Assembly (NCBI RefSeq): GCF_963521865.1
Contig: NZ_CAUQWY010000001.1
Location: forward strand, 81,865-145,864
From: an uncultured Streptococcus sp.
Lineage (GTDB): Bacteria; Bacillota; Bacilli; Lactobacillales; Streptococcaceae
Length of the DNA: 64,000 nucleotides
Direction: 5' to 3'
The notes under the pieces were generated by a model that was given only the letters and a program-made list of their open reading frames with translations, was not told the origin of the DNA and ran no database searches. The translations under genes and the position numbers were made by a program. Positions 57,723-64,000 of the stretch are shown here, piece by piece; position 1 is the first letter of the stretch, and every line of letters starts with the position of its first letter.

Positions 57723-57831
57723 TCTAACTGAGGTGTAGGGAGTGTTGTTTCCCCTAGACTATCCAAATCAGACTATAAATTTTGCTAAAAATATGATAGA
57801 ATAGACGACGGATAAAAAAACGGAGGATAGC

Positions 57832-58470
57832 ATGCAAAATAGACCAATCATTATCGGAGTGACAGGTGGTTCTGGTGGTGGTAAGACCAGTGTTTCAAGA
57901 GCCATTTTATCGCATTTTCCTGATGAAAAGATTTCCATGATTGAGCATGATTCATACTATAAGGATCAGTCTCATTTGACCTTTGAAGAGCGTGTCAAAA
58001 CCAACTACGACCATCCTTTTGCCTTTGATACAGACTTGATGATTGAGCAGATTAAGGAATTGTTGGCAGGTCGTCCGGTGGACATCCCGACTTATGACTA
58101 TACAGAGCATACACGGAGTAGCAAGACCTATCGTCAGGAGCCTCAAGATGTCTTTATCGTTGAGGGGATTTTGGTCTTGGAGGACAAGCGCCTACGTGAT
58201 TTGATGGATATCAAGATTTTTGTGGATACGGATGATGATGTGCGCATTATTCGTCGTATCAAGCGTGATATGGAAGAGCGTGGACGTAGCCTTGATAGCG
58301 TTATTGACCAGTACTTAGGTGTGGTCAAACCTATGTACCACCAGTTTATCGAGCCAACTAAGCGTTATGCTGATATCGTCATTCCTGAAGGAGTCAGCAA
58401 TACAGTTGCTATCGACCTGTTGACGACCAAGATTGCAAAGATTTTGGAAGAAGCTCGAAATAGCAAATAA
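57832..58470 (+). CDS. udk: Uridine kinase
   Basis: [26 protein letters not shown]. Confidence 0.96.
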   Translation: MQNRPIIIGVTGGSGGGKTSVSRAILSHFPDEKISMIEHDSYYKDQSHLTFEERVKTNYDHPFAFDTDLMIEQIKELLAGRPVDIPTYDYTEHTRSSKTYRQEPQDVFIVEGILVLEDKRLRDLMDIKIFVDTDDDVRIIRRIKRDMEERGRSLDSVIDQYLGVVKPMYHQFIEPTKRYADIVIPEGVSNTVAIDLLTTKIAKILEEARNSK

Positions 58471-58597
58471 TCAGATGTGGAGGCCTTGCCTCCTTTTTCT
58501 ATTTTTCTCTCATAATGGTACATAAATGGAGATTTTTAGGCATATTTTTGGTATAATAATACCCATGAAAGAGCAAGAAAATAAATAGTAGGTGGAG

Positions 58598-59938
58598 ATG
58601 GAAAAGTATTTATCGGTAACAACTTTGACCAAGTATCTGAAAATGAAATTCGATAAAGACCCTTACTTGGAACGGGTCTATTTAACTGGTCAAGTTTCCA
58701 ACTTTCGTAAACGACCTACTCACCAATATTTCTCCCTAAAAGATGACCACGCAGTCATTCAAGCGACCATCTGGTCTGGAATTTATCAGAAATTAGGTTT
58801 CGATCTGGAAGAAGGGATGAAGATCAATGTGATTGGGCGTGTACAGGTCTATGAACCGAGTGGTAGCTACTCCATCATCATTGAAAAGGCTGAGCCTGAT
58901 GGGGTTGGGGCGCTTGCGATTCAGTTTGAACAACTCAAGAAAAAATTGACAGAAGAAGGCCTGTTTCAAGAACGCTTCAAGCAACCTCTTCCTCAGTTTT
59001 CAAAGAGAATTGGTGTAGTAACCAGTCGCAGTGGAGCTGTTATTCGAGATATTATCACGACCGTCAGCAGGCGCTTTCCAGGTGTTGATATCCTTCTCTA
59101 TCCGACTAAGGTTCAAGGTGAAGGGGCTGCGGAGGAAATTGCTCGTAATATTGCGCGTGCTAATCAACGGGACAATTTGGATTTGCTGATTATTGGTCGT
59201 GGTGGAGGTTCTATTGAGGATCTCTGGGCCTTTAACGAGGAAATTGTGGTACGAGCTATTTTTGAATCTCGTTTACCAGTTATCTCTAGTGTGGGGCATG
59301 AGACGGATGTGACTTTATCGGATTTTGTGGCAGATCGTCGCGCTGCCACACCAACAGCTGCTGCTGAACTAGCAACACCTGTGACCAAGTTAGATGTATT
59401 GGCTCATTTGCAAAATCAGGAAAAGCGGATGGCAACAGCAGTCCGAAATGTCCTATCGAAGAAACAAGAAGCTTTGAAAAAATGCAGTCAGTCTGTTATC
59501 TTTAGACAGCCAGAGCGCTTGTATGACGGTTATTTGCAACGCTTGGATCAACTGCAACTGCGCTTAAAACAAAGTTTGCGAACACGGATTTCTGACAGCA
59601 ACCAACTAGTCCAAGCAAGGACGCATCGACTGGTTCAATTATCACCTGTTACTAAAATTCAACGTTATCAAGATCGTCTAGGTCAGTTGGATAAGCTCCT
59701 ACGTAGCCAAATGGCGCTGGTTTATGACGCCAAGGTTGCTGAGGTCAAGCGACTTTCAGAAGCTTTGCTGATGTTGGATACCAGCCGAATTGTGGCGCGT
59801 GGCTATGCTATTGTCAAGAAAGAAGAGTCCGTTGTAGATTCGGTTGAGAGTTTGAAGAAAAAAGACCAAGTGACGCTTTTGATGCGAGATGGTCAAGTAG
59901 AATTAGAGGTTAAAGATGTCAAAACAAAAGAAATTTGA
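58598..59938 (+). CDS. xseA: Exodeoxyribonuclease VII large subunit
   Basis: [24 protein letters not shown]. Confidence 0.97.
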   Translation: MEKYLSVTTLTKYLKMKFDKDPYLERVYLTGQVSNFRKRPTHQYFSLKDDHAVIQATIWSGIYQKLGFDLEEGMKINVIGRVQVYEPSGSYSIIIEKAEPDGVGALAIQFEQLKKKLTEEGLFQERFKQPLPQFSKRIGVVTSRSGAVIRDIITTVSRRFPGVDILLYPTKVQGEGAAEEIARNIARANQRDNLDLLIIGRGGGSIEDLWAFNEEIVVRAIFESRLPVISSVGHETDVTLSDFVADRRAATPTAAAELATPVTKLDVLAHLQNQEKRMATAVRNVLSKKQEALKKCSQSVIFRQPERLYDGYLQRLDQLQLRLKQSLRTRISDSNQLVQARTHRLVQLSPVTKIQRYQDRLGQLDKLLRSQMALVYDAKVAEVKRLSEALLMLDTSRIVARGYAIVKKEESVVDSVESLKKKDQVTLLMRDGQVELEVKDVKTKEI

Positions 59939-60128
59939 GGAAAATCTAGCAGAACTGGAAACCATTGTCCAAAGTTTGGAAAATGGTGAAATTGCTCTGG
60001 AAGATGCGATTGCTGCCTTTCAAAAGGGCATGGTCTTGTCAAAAGAGCTCCAAGCGACGTTGGACAAGGCTGAAAAGACCTTGGTCAAGGTCATGCAAGA
60101 AGACGGAACAGAGAGTGATTTTGAATGA
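59916..60128 (+). CDS. xseB: Exodeoxyribonuclease VII small subunit
   Basis: [23 protein letters not shown]. Confidence 0.95.
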   Translation: MSKQKKFEENLAELETIVQSLENGEIALEDAIAAFQKGMVLSKELQATLDKAEKTLVKVMQEDGTESDFE

Positions 60129-61000
60129 AGAAGCAAGAAAAATTAGCTCTTGTCGAGTCGGCCTTGGAAGACTTTTATGGAGACCAGCAGTTTGCCTCTA
60201 GTTTGCGAGAGTCTGTTCTCTACTCCATTCATGCTGGTGGCAAGCGTATTCGACCCTTTCTCTTGTTAGAAGTTCTGGAAGCCTTGCGGGTCGCTATTAA
60301 ACCTGCTCACGCGCAGGTAGCTGCGGCCTTGGAAATGATTCATACAGGGAGCTTGATTCATGATGATCTTCCAGCTATGGATGATGATGATTACCGTCGG
60401 GGACGCTTGACCAATCATAAGAAATTCGGCGAAGCTATGGCAATTTTGGCTGGAGATGCTTTGTTCCTGGATCCTTATGCCTTGATAGCGCAGGCAGATT
60501 TGCCAAGTCAGATAAAGGTAGACTTGATTGTCAACTTATCGCTTGCTTCAGGAAGTCTGGGTATGGTGGCAGGGCAAGTTTTGGACATGGAGGGTGAACA
60601 CCAACACTTGTCTTTGGAAGAACTCCAGACTATTCATGCTAATAAGACTGGAAAACTACTAGCTTATCCCTTCCAAGCGGCTGCTATTATAGCCGAATTG
60701 GAACCTGAAATGCAGGTGAAGCTGAAAACTGTTGGTGAATTGATTGGGCTTGCCTTTCAAATCAGGGACGATGTACTGGATGTGACAGCTAGTTTTGAGG
60801 AAATCGGCAAGACACCTCAAAAGGATTTACAGGCTGAAAAGTCAACCTACCCAGCCTTGTTGGGCTTGGAAGAGGCCATTGCCTTTTGTAACCAGACTTT
60901 GGATCAAGCTAATGCAAAATTAGAAGAAATTACCCAGCAGGTTCCCTTTGAAATAGAATCGATTGTGAAAGTAGTAGAAAGTTTGAGAATCAATGGCTAA
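60125..61000 (+). CDS. ispA: Farnesyl diphosphate synthase
   Basis: [23 protein letters not shown]. Confidence 0.95.
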   Translation: MKKQEKLALVESALEDFYGDQQFASSLRESVLYSIHAGGKRIRPFLLLEVLEALRVAIKPAHAQVAAALEMIHTGSLIHDDLPAMDDDDYRRGRLTNHKKFGEAMAILAGDALFLDPYALIAQADLPSQIKVDLIVNLSLASGSLGMVAGQVLDMEGEHQHLSLEELQTIHANKTGKLLAYPFQAAAIIAELEPEMQVKLKTVGELIGLAFQIRDDVLDVTASFEEIGKTPQKDLQAEKSTYPALLGLEEAIAFCNQTLDQANAKLEEITQQVPFEIESIVKVVESLRING

Positions 61001-61808
61001 GGAAAGAGTGGATGTACTAGCTTATAAACAGGGCTTGTTTGAAACGAGAGAGCAGGCCAAGCGTGGTGTCATGGCTGGTCTAGTCGTAGCAGTCCTGAAT
61101 GGAGAACGGTTTGATAAACCAGGAGAGAAAATTCCAGATGACACCGAGTTAAAACTCAAGGGGGAGAAACTCAAGTATGTTAGCCGTGGTGGCTTGAAAT
61201 TAGAAAAGGCCTTGCAGGTCTTTGATTTGTCAGTGGAAGGAGCTACAACGATTGATATCGGTGCTTCTACTGGAGGCTTTACCGATGTTATGTTGCAGAA
61301 TGGTGCTGAGTTAGTCTTTGCAGTTGATGTTGGTACCAATCAGTTGGCTTGGAAATTACGCCAAGACCCACGGGTTGTCAGCATGGAGCAGTTTAATTTC
61401 CGCTATGCTGAAAAGACTGATTTCGAGCAGGAACCTAGCTTTGCCAGTATTGATGTGAGTTTCATTTCCCTCAGTCTGATTTTGCCGGCCTTGCACCGAG
61501 TCTTGGCAAATCAAGGTCAGGTTGTGGCTCTGGTTAAGCCCCAGTTTGAGGCAGGGCGTGAGCAGATTGGGAAAAATGGAATTATTCGCGATGCCAAGGT
61601 TCATCAGAATGTCCTTGAATCTGTCACAGCTATGGCAGTAGAGGAAGGCTTTTCAGTCCTTGGATTGGACTTTTCTCCCATCCAAGGTGGACATGGAAAT
61701 ATTGAATTTTTAGCGTATTTGAAAAAAGAAGAGTCAGCAAGCAATCAGGTTCTTGCTGATATTGAAGAAGTAGTAGAGAGGGCGCATAGTCAATTTAAAA
61801 ATGAATAA
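60993..61808 (+). CDS. tlyA: TlyA-family RNA methyltransferase
   Basis: S4 domain, YVSRGGLKL, DIGASTGGFTD, KPQFE. Confidence 0.92.
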   Translation: MAKERVDVLAYKQGLFETREQAKRGVMAGLVVAVLNGERFDKPGEKIPDDTELKLKGEKLKYVSRGGLKLEKALQVFDLSVEGATTIDIGASTGGFTDVMLQNGAELVFAVDVGTNQLAWKLRQDPRVVSMEQFNFRYAEKTDFEQEPSFASIDVSFISLSLILPALHRVLANQGQVVALVKPQFEAGREQIGKNGIIRDAKVHQNVLESVTAMAVEEGFSVLGLDFSPIQGGHGNIEFLAYLKKEESASNQVLADIEEVVERAHSQFKNE

Positions 61809-62232
61809 AAAAGAGAGACTTGAAAAAATTAGACGATTTGTGACAGATTATCAAATCGGTACACAAGAAGAAATCGTAGAACATTTGAAAGAGGCAGGAA
61901 TCACTGCCACTCAAGCGACGGTATCACGGGATATCAAAGAACTGGGTATTGTCAAGATTCCTTTGAGAGACAACACCTATGTCTATGAATTGCCAAAATC
62001 AATCGTAAAAAGTTTGCAACTGGCTGAAGACAATATTGAGTCAGCTGAATTGATGGATAAGATGATCAATCTCCAAGTTATCCCAGGAAATACAGCTTTT
62101 GTAAAAGTTCAGTTAATCGAGACTTTTGCTGACAAGATTTTTAGCTGTTTAGCTGATGATAGCTCGATTTTAGTCATTGCCAGAAGTGAAAGTCTAGCTG
62201 AGGAAATCTTTGAACAAGTAAAAAATTGGTAG
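61801..62232 (+). CDS. ahrC: Arginine repressor AhrC
   Basis: TQATVSRDIKEL; tlyA-ahrC-recN synteny. Confidence 0.88.
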   Translation: MNKKERLEKIRRFVTDYQIGTQEEIVEHLKEAGITATQATVSRDIKELGIVKIPLRDNTYVYELPKSIVKSLQLAEDNIESAELMDKMINLQVIPGNTAFVKVQLIETFADKIFSCLADDSSILVIARSESLAEEIFEQVKNW

Positions 62233-62238
62233 GTCTAT

Positions 62239-63906
62239 ATGTTACTTGAAATTTCGATAAAAAACTTTGCCATTATTGAGGCTATTTCCCTCAATTTTGA
62301 AAAGGGAATGACTGTCCTGACTGGTGAAACGGGTGCAGGGAAGTCTATTATCATTGATGCCATGAATATGATGTTGGGAGCTCGTGCGACGACAGATGTT
62401 ATTCGTCATGGTGCGCCAAAGGCAGAGATTGAGGGGCTTTTCTCAGTTGAAAATAGTCGCCTTTTACAGGAAATTTTTGATGAGCAAGGTTTGGAAATGG
62501 GGGATGAAATTATCATCCGTCGGGAAATCTTGCAAAATGGTCGGAGTATCAGTCGTGTGAATGGCCAGATGGTTAATCTGTCTGTTTTACGTGCTATTGG
62601 GCAACATCTTGTAGATATACATGGTCAGCATGACCAAGAGGAGTTAATGCGTCCCCAACTTCATATCCAGATGTTGGATGAATTTGGCGACGCAGCTTTT
62701 TGGGTCTTGAAAGAAACCTATCAAACGAGTTTTGATGCCTATCGAAAAATGCGCAAGCAGGTTCTGGAAGTCAAGAAAAACCAGCAGGAACACAAGGCAC
62801 GTATCGAAATGTTGGAATTTCAAATGGCAGAGATTGAGGCAGCAAACTTGCAAGCAGGTGAAGACCTAGTTCTCAATCAAGAGCGAGATAAACTTCTCAA
62901 CCATAAAAATATTGCGGATACCCTAACCAATGCCTACAGTATGTTAGACAATGAAGAATTTTCAAGTCTGGCCAATGTTCGTTCAGCCATGAATGACATG
63001 GAAAGTGTCGAAGAGTATGACCCTGAATACCGTGAAATTTCAAGCTCTCTGTCTGAGACCTACTATGTCTTAGAAGACATTAGCAAACGTTTGGAAGCTA
63101 TTATTGAGGACCTTGATTTTGACGGCAATCGTCTCATGCAGGTTGAGAATCGTTTGGACCTCCTTCATACCATTACCCGTAAGTATGGTGGGACTGTAGA
63201 CGATGTCTTGCTTTACTTTGCTAAGATTACAGAAGAGTACAATCTCTTGACAGGTAATAACCTTTCGTCTGAGGACATGGAAGCAGAGCTCAAGAAATTG
63301 GAAGTCAATCTTGTTGATTTGGCAGGCCAGCTTGCATCTGCTCGTCATGACTTGGCTCAGCAGCTTGAAGCTGAGATTAAACAAGAACTGCAAGACCTTT
63401 ATATGGAAAAAGCCCAGTTTCAAGTTCGTTTTAGCAAGGGCAAATTCAGCCGTGAGGGAAATGAAATGGTCGAGTTTTACATTTCAACCAACCCTGGAGA
63501 AGACTTTAAACCCTTGGTCAAGGTTGCGTCTGGTGGGGAATTATCTCGTCTCATGCTAGCCATTAAGTCTGCCTTTTCTCGTAAAGAAGGCAAGACCAGC
63601 ATAGTCTTTGATGAGGTGGATACAGGAGTTTCAGGCCGTGTAGCTCAGGCTATTGCACAGAAGATTCACAAGATTGGCCAGCATGGTCAGGTTCTGGCTA
63701 TTTCCCATTTGCCACAAGTGATTGCGATTGCGGATTATCAATTCTTTATTGAGAAGATTAGCAATGAGCATTCAACCGTTTCAACTGTTCGTCTTTTGAC
63801 GGTCGAAGAGCGAGTGGAGGAAGTTGCCAAGATGTTGGCAGGTGATGATGTGACAGAAGCTGCCCTGACACAAGCCAGAGAATTGTTGAGAAATAGGGAG
63901 AAATAA
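62239..63906 (+). CDS. recN: DNA repair protein RecN
   Basis: TGETGAGKS, ASGGELSR, FDEVDTG. Confidence 0.97.
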   Translation: MLLEISIKNFAIIEAISLNFEKGMTVLTGETGAGKSIIIDAMNMMLGARATTDVIRHGAPKAEIEGLFSVENSRLLQEIFDEQGLEMGDEIIIRREILQNGRSISRVNGQMVNLSVLRAIGQHLVDIHGQHDQEELMRPQLHIQMLDEFGDAAFWVLKETYQTSFDAYRKMRKQVLEVKKNQQEHKARIEMLEFQMAEIEAANLQAGEDLVLNQERDKLLNHKNIADTLTNAYSMLDNEEFSSLANVRSAMNDMESVEEYDPEYREISSSLSETYYVLEDISKRLEAIIEDLDFDGNRLMQVENRLDLLHTITRKYGGTVDDVLLYFAKITEEYNLLTGNNLSSEDMEAELKKLEVNLVDLAGQLASARHDLAQQLEAEIKQELQDLYMEKAQFQVRFSKGKFSREGNEMVEFYISTNPGEDFKPLVKVASGGELSRLMLAIKSAFSRKEGKTSIVFDEVDTGVSGRVAQAIAQKIHKIGQHGQVLAISHLPQVIAIADYQFFIEKISNEHSTVSTVRLLTVEERVEEVAKMLAGDDVTEAALTQARELLRNREK

Positions 63907-63907
63907 G

Positions 63908-64000
63908 ATGACAGACTATTATGTAATTGGAGATGTTCATGGAAAAGCAGCGATGCTAGAAGACCTTCTCAAAACATGGGATGGTCAGACCCAGTTGCTC
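63908..64000 (+). CDS. Metallophosphoesterase (Ser/Thr phosphatase family), 3'-truncated by the window edge
   Basis: MTDYYVIGDVHG (GDxHG motif), directly after recN. Confidence 0.75.
   Translation, partial: MTDYYVIGDVHGKAAMLEDLLKTWDGQTQLL

Overview
Core chromosome of a mitis-group Streptococcus. S. mitis-like is the best fit: pneumococcus-type genes and BOX repeats, but GyrA Gly114. The window is almost all housekeeping genes, in this order: comEC 3' end, infC-rpmI-rplT-gloA, pyrK-pyrD, lytB, pavA/rqcH, ybeY-dgkA-era-mutM-coaE-pmrA-rpmG-secG-rnr-smpB-tehB, coiA-pepF-methyltransferase-prsA, ftsW-ppc, a T-box-controlled Trp-type ABC transporter, dnaG-rpoD, glycolipid glycosyltransferases, obgE, argR-pepX, dnaE-pfkA-pyk, ldh, gyrA-srtA, two tandem FNT channels, metY, truB, udk, and xseAB-ispA-tlyA-ahrC-recN. 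I see no prophage, IS, CRISPR, reverse transcriptase or defence island, and I cannot support a large new multi-gene system. The most unusual signals are small. (1) A ~460 bp decayed tandem copy of the pepX 3' end lies between pepX and argR and now supplies the argR RBS. (2) A Trp-containing mini-ORF with a strong RBS follows the Trp T-box terminator and is interrupted by a BOX element. (3) A long-range anti-anti-SD pairing in the PyrR leader of pyrK suggests translational control on top of attenuation. All gene names come from recognising the translated proteins; no database search was run.
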